Below, in pieces: positions 17,442-24,339 of a stretch of 26,769 nt of DNA. The DNA is from a virus (taxonomy: Duplodnaviria > Caudoviricetes). Position numbers and translations under genes: made by a program. The stretch lies in IMG/VR virus record IMGVR_UViG_3300031248_000009, positions 1 through 26,769 of that record; one strand, 5' to 3'. Position 1 is the first letter of the stretch. Every line of letters begins with the position of its first letter. The notes under the pieces were generated by a model, which was given only the letters and a program-made list of their open reading frames with translations, searched no databases and was not told the origin of the DNA.

Positions 17442-17647
17442 GCAGCTTTCCCTTTCGGAAGCCCGTACCTCGCACCACGCTTCGATCCGACCATCACGAT
17501 CTCGCCCTTGTCGCGCATGCGTCTGAGGAGCGCATCGAAGTCGCCCTTGTAGGCGTAGTGCTTCGCGAGGCCCTCGAGCACGAGGCGCTTGCGCGGCCCT
17601 CCGAATTCAGGCTGCAGGATGTTCAAGATGCGAGCGCGAAGGCCCAC
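17438..17647 (-). CDS. Small basic protein, possibly winged HTH
   Basis: 69 aa, GTG start, coupled to the methyltransferase gene. Confidence 0.55.
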   Translation of the reverse strand: MGLRARILNILQPEFGGPRKRLVLEGLAKHYAYKGDFDALLRRMRDKGEIVMVGSKRGARYGLPKGKAA

Positions 17648-17648
17648 G

Positions 17649-17870
17649 TCAGGCGACCGCTTCTTCCTCGACGCCCTGCTTGCCGAGGGCGAAGGCTTCG
17701 TCCGCAGTCGCGCGCCTGATTTCGTAGTCCTGCAGGACGTAGCTTTGCACTTGGGTTACTCGATCGGCTCTCGCCAGTCTTTCGGCATCCGAGCCGTGCT
17801 TGATGATGAACAGCGGCTTTTTCTTCGCCTCGACTGGCGGTGTTGCTGGTGCTGCCGGTGTTTCGTACAC
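17649..17870 (-). CDS. Hypothetical protein, 73 aa
   Basis: GTG 17870 preceded by SD AGGAGG (17880-17875). Confidence 0.65.
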   Translation of the reverse strand: MYETPAAPATPPVEAKKKPLFIIKHGSDAERLARADRVTQVQSYVLQDYEIRRATADEAFALGKQGVEEEAVA

Positions 17871-17878
17871 GTTGCCTC

Positions 17879-18301
17879 CTATTTGCTCTTGAGAATTCCG
17901 GTGAGCAGCTCGACCTTCTTTTCGGCCTCGACGCGCGCATCGCGCTCTTGCTCGAGCTGGCGCTCCGCTTCTGACTGCAGCATGTGCAGGCCCTTGCCAC
18001 GGCGGTGCGCGAGCCACGCGAGCGGGACTTCGTTACCGACCAGCTCCATGAACTCGCAGAGCTTGTCGATCGGGAAGTGCGCCTGTCCGTTCAGAATTCG
18101 CGTCCAGTGGCCGGCGTCGATCTTGAGCGGGAGGTAGATTTCCTTTTCCTCGAGCCCCGAGACGTTCGCCGCCAGTTTCACAGCCGCGCTCATCGTCGGC
18201 TGCGCGTGTATCACCCCCTCCTCGACTGGTTGTGAGGAGGCGGGTCTTGTGAGGGGCAATTCGCCCTGATCGTCAACTGCGCGCAAAGATGTTGACCGCA
18301 T
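17879..18301 (-). CDS. CII-like HTH regulator
   Basis: SGLEEKEIYLPLKIDAGHWTRILNG HTH plus C-terminal coiled coil; position downstream of cro. Start uncertain. Confidence 0.65.
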   Translation of the reverse strand: MRSTSLRAVDDQGELPLTRPASSQPVEEGVIHAQPTMSAAVKLAANVSGLEEKEIYLPLKIDAGHWTRILNGQAHFPIDKLCEFMELVGNEVPLAWLAHRRGKGLHMLQSEAERQLEQERDARVEAEKKVELLTGILKSK

Positions 18302-18405
18302 TTGACTGTCGGCTCAGGCGAAAAAAAGAGAACCTGCGGACATGAACACGGAGACCCCCCTGCTACGATTGAGGTCCAACCCATCAACTTTCACAGGGGG
18401 ACTCC

Positions 18406-18627
18406 GTGAACGAAAGACTCGAACGACTGAATGCCGATGTCCTGGTTGCGCAGGCGGTGCTGCTCGTGATGCTGCGCGCATCGAACGACAAGCCAGCGCT
18501 CAGGGCAAAGCTAGTGGAACAGTTCGCCCGCGGGCAACTGTCCGGCGCGTATCTGGACAGTGCAGGCATGGCGTTCAAGGACGAAGCCCGCCATTCGATG
18601 AAGATGATGCTGGACGCCACGGACTGA
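18406..18627 (+). CDS. Hypothetical 73-aa protein, antisense to the lytic operon
   Basis: GTG start with AGGGGGA upstream; amphipathic helical sequence, more protein-like than the overlapping minus-strand ORFs. Confidence 0.5.
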   Translation: MNERLERLNADVLVAQAVLLVMLRASNDKPALRAKLVEQFARGQLSGAYLDSAGMAFKDEARHSMKMMLDATD

Positions 18628-18765
18628 GCTGCTCGCGCGCGTGGATCGTGCCCAGGCATTCGAGCCTGAGCCCGTCAGTGCTCCACCGCATGAACGTCGA
18701 GCGCCTCAACTCGCGATCCCGCGCGAGCCGCGTTCCCGGCAATGGACGTGGCCGCCCGGTCGATC

Positions 18766-18966
18766 TCATGCCGCAGCTCGCGCCTCGCGCAAGGAGTCTG
18801 GAAGATCGGCCCTCAGAACACCCGAGGACGCGACCTCGTACAGCACCTGCTGGTCCAGCGGGATAACCCGGCCCTTCCAGCGATGCACGGTCTGTCTCGG
18901 AACGCCAATCGCAACCCCTGCCTTCGGCTCATTGCCGTAGTGGGAGATCAGTTCGTCGTAGGTCAC
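18766..18966 (-). CDS. cro: Cro-like repressor
   Basis: ELISHYG...GVAIGVPRQTVHRW..VIP..QQ..YEVASSGVLRAD; divergent from the repressor gene. Confidence 0.85.
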   Translation of the reverse strand: MTYDELISHYGNEPKAGVAIGVPRQTVHRWKGRVIPLDQQVLYEVASSGVLRADLPDSLREARAAA

Positions 18967-18973
18967 GGGCCGA

Positions 18974-19015
18974 ATCGTAAATGAGTATTTACGGTTCTGT
19001 CAATCCCTGTTTACG
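18974..19015 (-). promoter_or_regulatory. PR-like promoter with two 18-bp operators
   Basis: Minus strand TTGACA (19003-18998)-18 nt-TACGAT (18979-18974). Operators CGTAAATACTCATTTACG (18976-18993) and CGTAAACAGGGATTGACA (18998-19015), read on the minus strand. Confidence 0.8.
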
Positions 19016-19037
19016 GCACCAAGGCTACCGTGCGGCG

Positions 19038-19487
19038 ATGCCTACGCGCAAGAAGCCTGGGTCGAAGAAGGGCCAGCCGAAGCCGCTGAAAAGAACTCTG
19101 GACGCTGGCTTCCCGAAGCGATTGGACGCTGCCATGCAGGGTTTAGGCGTCGATGCACCAGCGCTCGCTCGTCGACTGAAGTGCTCCCGAGCGGTAATCC
19201 ACAAATACCTCAACGGCAAGAGCAAGCAGATCGAGGCGCTGCTTCTTTTCGAAATGGCCGACGAGCTCGACGTGTCCGCGCGGTGGTTGCTGCTGCCAGA
19301 TCAGCCGACAATGAACAAAGAGCGATCCCTTGGCCCAGACGAGAATCTTGCGCTGAACATCTTCGCGCAGCTAAGTCCGGATGCGCGTGGCGCCTGGTTC
19401 CGGCAAGGCGAGGATCTGATTCGCCTGCAACCGCCTTTGATCGCTACTCCGGCGACTCCATTCCCGAACGCGAAGGTGAAGCAGTGA
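19038..19487 (+). CDS. CI-like XRE HTH repressor without an S24 peptidase domain
   Basis: FPKRLDAAMQGLG..APALARRLKCSRAVIHKYLNG...MADELDVSARWLL. ATG 19038 preferred because ATG 18981 lies inside the operator. Confidence 0.85.
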   Translation: MPTRKKPGSKKGQPKPLKRTLDAGFPKRLDAAMQGLGVDAPALARRLKCSRAVIHKYLNGKSKQIEALLLFEMADELDVSARWLLLPDQPTMNKERSLGPDENLALNIFAQLSPDARGAWFRQGEDLIRLQPPLIATPATPFPNAKVKQ

Positions 19488-19504
19488 AGTGAAAGGGTGA
19501 GGCG

Positions 19505-19729
19505 ATGAGCTGGCTCGAAAGGTACGAAGCGCTAATTCGGCTCGTGTTCCGCGGCTCCGTCATCAGCCTGCTCGCGCTGTGCTGGTGGGAATTGCACGAG
19601 ATCGAGCGCCAGACACATCCAGTTTCTCTGCGCACTGTCGAGCAGGAACTAGATCGCATTCAGCGCGACGTAGAGAAAATCAAGGAGTCATCTGAATCGA
19701 CCGCATACTTCGTTCGTCGGCCGCGCTGA
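19505..19729 (+). CDS. Small membrane-anchored coiled-coil protein in the immunity region
   Basis: Hydrophobic LVFRGSVISLLALCWW then a heptad-like segment; SD GAGG upstream. Confidence 0.6.
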   Translation: MSWLERYEALIRLVFRGSVISLLALCWWELHEIERQTHPVSLRTVEQELDRIQRDVEKIKESSESTAYFVRRPR

Positions 19730-19995
19730 TCCTCCTTGCCATCGTCGCTTCATTTTTCGCGGAAGCTGGAACCGAACGCACACGCCAAGTGCGCGCAGCG
19801 TTCGTGAAATTACACCCCTGCCCCACCACCAACAAGCCCCGCGGCGCCTGCCCTGGCTACGTCGTCGACCACGTCGTGCCGCTGTGTGCCGGCGGCGCTG
19901 ATCACCCATCGAACCTGCAATGGCAGACGGTTGCCGACGCCAAGGTGAAGGACCGCGCCGAGCGCGCGCAGTGCCGCAGTAAGCCCATCAGGTAG
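19696..19995 (+). CDS. HNH endonuclease-like protein, start uncertain (ATC 19696 or GTG 19789)
   Basis: HPCP....GACPGYVVDHVVPLCAGGADHPSNLQWQT..DAKVKD; the frame is open upstream to a TGA at 19693. Confidence 0.75.
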   Translation: MDRILRSSAALILLAIVASFFAEAGTERTRQVRAAFVKLHPCPTTNKPRGACPGYVVDHVVPLCAGGADHPSNLQWQTVADAKVKDRAERAQCRSKPIR

Positions 19996-20039
19996 TTAGG
20001 CCCGGCAACCTCACGCCGTACGACAGCTTTCGCTGTGGT

Positions 20040-20080
20040 CGTAAATACTCGTTGACAATACGTAAACACTCGTTTACGCT
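20040..20080 (+). promoter_or_regulatory. PL-like early promoter with two 18-bp operators
   Basis: TTGACA (20052-20057)-17 nt-TACGCT (20075-20080), overlapped by CGTAAATACTCGTTGACA (20040-20057) and CGTAAACACTCGTTTACG (20061-20078). Confidence 0.85.
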
Positions 20081-20115
20081 ACTCCAACGCTCACGGTGAG
20101 CGACGGAGGAAGCAG

Positions 20116-20529
20116 ATGGCAAAAGCAGCGACGAAGGCGAAGCAACCCGAAGTCACCACGATCACCCTGCCCGAGCTTGCGAATGGCGAGGTCTACGCAG
20201 GGATCATCCTCGAGAACGGTAAGCCCTCGCACCACCTGATTCTGCTGCCGGGTGAGGCCGAGCGCGTCACCTGGTCGCAGGCGAAGGAGTGGGCGACCAA
20301 GCAGGGCGGTGAGCTTCCGAGCCGTCGCGAGCAGTCGCTTCTCTTCGCGAACGCGAAGGACGAATTCAATCCCGAGTGGTACTGGAGCGCAGAGCATCCC
20401 TCCGTTAGCAGCGTCTATGCCTGGTTTCAGTTCTTCACCAACGGCTACCAGACCTGGGGCCACAAGCGCAGCAACTACCGGGCGCGCGCGGTCCGCAGAT
20501 CAGTAATTCAGTCATTTGATCCGTCATGA
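20116..20529 (+). CDS. DGR target protein 1 (DUF1566/C-type-lectin-like), 137 aa
   Basis: SD GGAGG; TW..AKEWA...GGELPSRRE, WYWS, AW, RARAVRR motifs; contains VR1. Confidence 0.9.
   Translation: MAKAATKAKQPEVTTITLPELANGEVYAGIILENGKPSHHLILLPGEAERVTWSQAKEWATKQGGELPSRREQSLLFANAKDEFNPEWYWSAEHPSVSSVYAWFQFFTNGYQTWGHKRSNYRARAVRRSVIQSFDPS
20394..20500 (+). repeat. DGR variable repeat VR1
   Basis: Ungapped 107-bp match to the TR with 17 mismatches by manual count: 16 at TR adenines and one G>T at 20405. Confidence 0.95.
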
Positions 20530-20810
20530 GCGACGCCATGATGGCTACGTTCGACGCCGCGCTGGATCGCATCGTCGGCATCAAGGGGCCGGAAGCACTG
20601 TCCGACTACCGCAAGCAGCGCGCCGAGCAGGACGCGCACCGGGCGAAGCTGATCGAGGAGATCAGGCGCCGCGGCCTCGACGCGATGGATCACGTCGTCG
20701 AGATCGTGCGCGCGCCGCTCATCTCGCGCTGGGACATCGAGCAGGCGATCAAGGAACTGCAGAAAGCCCTGCCTGCCGCCACCGAACTCGACCCTCCGGA
20801 GGCAGCGTGA
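20526..20810 (+). CDS. Hypothetical protein, 94 aa
   Basis: ATGA-coupled to target 1. Confidence 0.65.
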   Translation: MSDAMMATFDAALDRIVGIKGPEALSDYRKQRAEQDAHRAKLIEEIRRRGLDAMDHVVEIVRAPLISRWDIEQAIKELQKALPAATELDPPEAA

Positions 20811-21193
20811 ACCCGCGCGACATACCAGGTCCCGGTGACTACGAGCGCTTCCCAGTGACTGACTCACGCGACCCGCGCTACGTGCCAACGCCAGCGAGCG
20901 AGGACGAGGTTTCCGAATTCGCGGCCGAGCTTCAGTTCGATGCGTTCCTCGCGTCGCAGGATAAGTTCGACGAGTCCATGATCTGCAACGGTGAGGTCGA
21001 GGACGTGTACCCGCACCTTCGGAAAGCGCTGCTCTCCGTGAACAACAAGGGACGCTGGGCGAACTCAGGCTGGATTCACGAGGCTGTCGGCCACCTGGAG
21101 CGCGCACTGAAGGCGCTGAAGAAGCGCAACACCGACATGCTCGACGCCGAGTACGTCGACGCGGCCAGAGCAGAACTGGACGCAGACCTATGA
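20807..21193 (+). CDS. Hypothetical acidic protein, 128 aa
   Basis: GTG 20807 (GTGA overlap, GGAGG upstream): MNPRDIPGPGD... Confidence 0.65.
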   Translation: MNPRDIPGPGDYERFPVTDSRDPRYVPTPASEDEVSEFAAELQFDAFLASQDKFDESMICNGEVEDVYPHLRKALLSVNNKGRWANSGWIHEAVGHLERALKALKKRNTDMLDAEYVDAARAELDADL

Positions 21194-21378
21194 CGCGCGA
21201 TCCCTACACCGGGCAGCAGTTGCGCTTCCTGCGCACCCTGCCGCGCCACGAGCCGATCTCGGGGCCGTGGATTGGCGAGTCCAAGACGCACCGCGGCGAC
21301 CTGTGGGTTGCGATTGGTGCCATCGTCGCGACCTTTCTGATCGCCACGTCCGAATGGCTCGGCTGGCCGATGCCATGA
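21190..21378 (+). CDS. 62-aa protein with a C-terminal transmembrane segment
   Basis: LWVAIGAIVATFLIA; ATGA overlaps on both sides. Confidence 0.6.
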   Translation: MTRDPYTGQQLRFLRTLPRHEPISGPWIGESKTHRGDLWVAIGAIVATFLIATSEWLGWPMP

Positions 21379-22397
21379 ACGCGCCCGAGAGAATCATCGA
21401 CCGGCGCACCTTCCTCGGCGGCTCCGACGTGGCGGCCGTGTTGGGCCTGTCGCCGTGGGCCACTCCCCTGGACATCTACCTGCGGAAGACCGGGCAGATG
21501 CCGGAGACGGGGCGCGAGTCCGATCCGCAGCGCGAGCGGGTGCTCAAGCGCGGCAAGCGCTTGGAACCCATCGTCGTGGACATGCTGATCGAGGAGCACG
21601 GCATCCAGGTCACGAAGCGAAGCCTCCCCGAAGCACCGAACCGCTACGTGGACCCGGAGTATGGGTTCCTCGCGGCCGAGATCGATTTTGAGTGGAAGGT
21701 CACGCCCGAGGTTGCCGACGCCTTCAACCTGGACGCGGATCTCATCGGCACGATCCAGAACGGGGAAGTGAAGACCGTCCATCCGTTCGCCGCCGGCAAG
21801 TTCGGAGAAGCGGACACCGACGAGATCCCTATCGAGTACGCAGCGCAAGCTATGCACGGCCTCATGGTGTCCGGGCGTCAGCTCACGATGTTCGGCGTGC
21901 TCGTGGGCGCCGACAACCTAAACGTCTACTGGATCAAGCGCGACGAGGAAACGATTACCGGAATGCGCGATAAGTCCGTGCGCTTCTGGCTCGATCACGT
22001 CGAGGCGGGTGTGCCGCCGGCGCCAGCGAACCTGCCGGACGTGATGCACCTGTTCAATCGCAAGGCCGAGACGCGCATCGAAGCCAACGCCGTGGTCAAG
22101 GATCTGGTCGAGCAGCTCGTCGGCTTGAGCGCAGCGCAGGCAACGGCTGCGCAAGGGATCGAGGAAGTCAAGTTCCAGATCGGCACCTACATGCTTGGCG
22201 CAGAGCAGATGGCCGCTCCGTCGAAGCCAGGCCGGCACTTGCTGACCTACCAGGGCAAGGAGCTGCTGACGGTAGCGCTCCAGTCGCAGTCGCGGCTCGA
22301 TCAGAAGGCGCTGAAGGAAAAGCACCCAGAGATCGCCGCCGAGTGCATGAAGACCGCGTCGTTTTTCGCATTCCGACCGAAGAGAGGAAAGCAATGA
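21375..22397 (+). CDS. YqaJ/lambda-exonuclease family recombination nuclease
   Basis: Start ATG 21375. RRTFLGGSDVAAVLGLSPW.TPLDIYLRKTG, RGKRLEP, AEID, EVKT, IPIEYAAQ. Confidence 0.9.
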   Translation: MNAPERIIDRRTFLGGSDVAAVLGLSPWATPLDIYLRKTGQMPETGRESDPQRERVLKRGKRLEPIVVDMLIEEHGIQVTKRSLPEAPNRYVDPEYGFLAAEIDFEWKVTPEVADAFNLDADLIGTIQNGEVKTVHPFAAGKFGEADTDEIPIEYAAQAMHGLMVSGRQLTMFGVLVGADNLNVYWIKRDEETITGMRDKSVRFWLDHVEAGVPPAPANLPDVMHLFNRKAETRIEANAVVKDLVEQLVGLSAAQATAAQGIEEVKFQIGTYMLGAEQMAAPSKPGRHLLTYQGKELLTVALQSQSRLDQKALKEKHPEIAAECMKTASFFAFRPKRGKQ

Positions 22398-23407
22398 ACC
22401 AGCAAGCCGAATCGACCGTAATTGAACGCGAGATCCCGATGTCGCAGACCGACATGGGCGTGCTCGCGGTGATCTCGAAAGCCGAGATTGACGTGCAGAT
22501 CGCCACCGCGCACCGCTTCCCGAGGTCCGTGAAGGGTTTCAGGGACGAGGCGCTCGCGATGGTGACGTTGACCGAAGAGATCGCCGAGGAGTGCATCTAC
22601 GCACTTCCGCGGGACGGCAAGACCATCGAGGGGCCGAGCGCGCGCTTTGCCGAAGTGGTGGCCTCGGCCTGGGGGAACTCCAGGGCCGGCGCGCGCGTGG
22701 TGGACGAGTCGGGCGACTTCGTGACCGCGCAAGGGATCTTCCACGATCTGCAGAAGAACGTTGCCATCACCTACGAGGTCAAGCGCCGCATCGTGGACTC
22801 GAAAGGCCGGCGCTACAAGCCCGACATGATCGGCGTGACGGCGAATGCGGCCTGCTCGATTGCGCTGCGTAACGCCATCCTGAAGGGCGTACCGAAGGCG
22901 TTTTGGTCCGACATCTACGAAGCGGCCAGGAAGACCGTCATGGGCGACTACCAGACGCTCGCCAATCGGCGCGCCGCGGCACTCGCCATGTTCCAGAAGT
23001 ACGGCGTGCTGCCCGAGCGCGTATTCGAGAAGCTCGGCGTGCGCGGTGAAGAGGACATCACGCTCGAGCACCTGGTCGTGCTGCGGGGGCTGCTGACGGC
23101 GCTGAAGGAAGGCGACACTACGGTCGAGGAGTCTTTCCCCACGCCGCAGCAGCCGACCGATCGCAGTGCCTCGGCCAACCTGAAAAGCGCCGTGACTGGC
23201 GCGAAGCCTGCATCGGAGAAGCAACCGCCTGCAGATCCAGCGCCGCAATCCTCCACCACGGTGATCGACCACATCGCGAAGCTCGACGAGCTGGCGACGC
23301 TGGAAGAGATCGAGGAATACGCGGCCGGCCTGCACGAAACCGTTCGCGCCGATGAGCGCTTCGCGAAGGCGGTCAAGCGCAGGCTCGATTCGTTCAAGAA
23401 GAAGTGA
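22394..23407 (+). CDS. Putative single-strand annealing/recombination protein
   Basis: Start ATG 22394. AEIDVQIATAHRFPRS...IYALPR.GKTIEGPSARFAE...WGN; coupled to the exonuclease. Function inferred from synteny. Confidence 0.6.
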   Translation: MNQQAESTVIEREIPMSQTDMGVLAVISKAEIDVQIATAHRFPRSVKGFRDEALAMVTLTEEIAEECIYALPRDGKTIEGPSARFAEVVASAWGNSRAGARVVDESGDFVTAQGIFHDLQKNVAITYEVKRRIVDSKGRRYKPDMIGVTANAACSIALRNAILKGVPKAFWSDIYEAARKTVMGDYQTLANRRAAALAMFQKYGVLPERVFEKLGVRGEEDITLEHLVVLRGLLTALKEGDTTVEESFPTPQQPTDRSASANLKSAVTGAKPASEKQPPADPAPQSSTTVIDHIAKLDELATLEEIEEYAAGLHETVRADERFAKAVKRRLDSFKKK

Positions 23408-23423
23408 CCACGAGGAGACAACC

Positions 23424-23804
23424 ATGAATGCACCTGTAGAGAGTATCGCTGTGCCGGCCATCGGCGCCGAGTGGGAAGGCGGCATCTACGCCGGGCTCAC
23501 GTTGCACGACAACACGCCGATGCACCTGATCCTGTTGCCGGGTGACGAAGGCGGCCTGACGTGGAAGAAGGCGATGGCGTGGGCTGAGAAGAAGGGCGGT
23601 GTCCTGCCGTCTCGGATCGACCAGCTCGTGTTGTGGCAGAACCAGCGCGACCAGTTCAAGGACTCCTGGTACTGGAGCGGTGAGCATCGCTCCGGTGGCA
23701 GCGCCTGTGCCTGGTTTCAGGACTTCAGCTACGGCTACCAGACCTGGCTCCGCAAGCTCAGCAGCTACCGGGCGCGCGCGGTCCGCAGATTGCCTATTCA
23801 GTAA
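23424..23804 (+). CDS. DGR target protein 2 (DUF1566/C-type-lectin-like), 126 aa
   Basis: ATG 23424 with SD GAGGAG; paralogue of target 1 (YAG, HLILLPG, TW..A..WA...GG.LPSR, WYWS, RARAVRR); contains VR2. Confidence 0.9.
   Translation: MNAPVESIAVPAIGAEWEGGIYAGLTLHDNTPMHLILLPGDEGGLTWKKAMAWAEKKGGVLPSRIDQLVLWQNQRDQFKDSWYWSGEHRSGGSACAWFQDFSYGYQTWLRKLSSYRARAVRRLPIQ
23684..23790 (+). repeat. DGR variable repeat VR2
   Basis: Ungapped 107-bp match to the TR with 20 mismatches by manual count, all at TR adenines. Confidence 0.95.
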
Positions 23805-23818
23805 TTCGGTGATTTGAA

Positions 23819-24175
23819 GTGGCCTTGCATCAAGAGCTGCCGATCTACAAGGTCGCCTACGACCTTCTGGCGCTCGTCACGAACGCGCGGCGGAACATGC
23901 CGCGCGACGTGAAGCAGGATCTCGGCAAGGCCATTTCGAAGGAATGCGTGCGCGTCGTGGTGCTGATCTTCCGGGCCAACGTCGCGCACGAGAAGGCCCC
24001 GCATCTTCTTGAGATCGTGGAGCGGATCGAGGTCGTGAACCTGCTCCTGCGCCTTTCTCGCGACCTTCGATTTATTCCGACCAAGCAGTACGGCGCCGCC
24101 ATCGCCCTGACGACCTCCATCGGGAAGCAGGCGAACGGCTGGCGCAGACACTCCGCATCGACGCCTGCTACATGA
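23819..24175 (+). CDS. avd: DGR accessory variability determinant (four-helix bundle)
   Basis: HQELPIYKVAYDL...MPRDVKQDLG...LRLSRDLRFI...IGKQANGW; basic, 118 aa, between target and TR/RT. Confidence 0.9.
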   Translation: MALHQELPIYKVAYDLLALVTNARRNMPRDVKQDLGKAISKECVRVVVLIFRANVAHEKAPHLLEIVERIEVVNLLLRLSRDLRFIPTKQYGAAIALTTSIGKQANGWRRHSASTPAT

Positions 24176-24339
24176 CGGTCAAGGCCGCCCTGTCCGTGCG
24201 TAATTTCATCTGGTCGTGCCGCTCGCTCACGAGGCGACCGCCATGCGCGTAACGGATACCGCTCGGCAAGCCGAGGAACGGTCCGGCGCAGTTTCCCCGC
24301 TGAGGATTCGGCGGGGTGACGTGGATAGCTCGATTGACC
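24176..24339 (+). ncRNA. Structured 5' part of the DGR template RNA (avd-TR spacer)
   Basis: Hairpins at about 24212-24239, 24253-24285 and 24295-24316 (CCCCGCTGA-GGAT-TCGGCGGGG). Confidence 0.6.

Noticed and set aside
14015-17552. Long plus-strand ORFs such as 14015-15163 and 16530-17552 (likewise 5347-6444)
   Set aside because: They lie antisense to well-supported coupled genes; stop-poor frames are expected at this GC content and they show no motifs.
18384-18769. Minus-strand ORFs 18575-18769 and 18384-18659 after cro
   Set aside because: No recognisable features and they conflict with the plus-strand 73-aa ORF. 18575-18769 is ATGA-coupled to cro, so it remains possible but unsupported.
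18981-19037. Longer repressor start at ATG 18981, and other extended starts in the ORF track (1293, 6417, 10655, 13669, 21267, 23352)
   Set aside because: They overlap operators or upstream genes; downstream starts have an SD or stop/start coupling, or give more family-typical N-termini.
20023-20036. ACAGC-TTTC-GCTGT as a LexA box or terminator
   Set aside because: Orientation and spacing do not match CTGT-N8-ACAG, and the 5-bp stem has no U tract.
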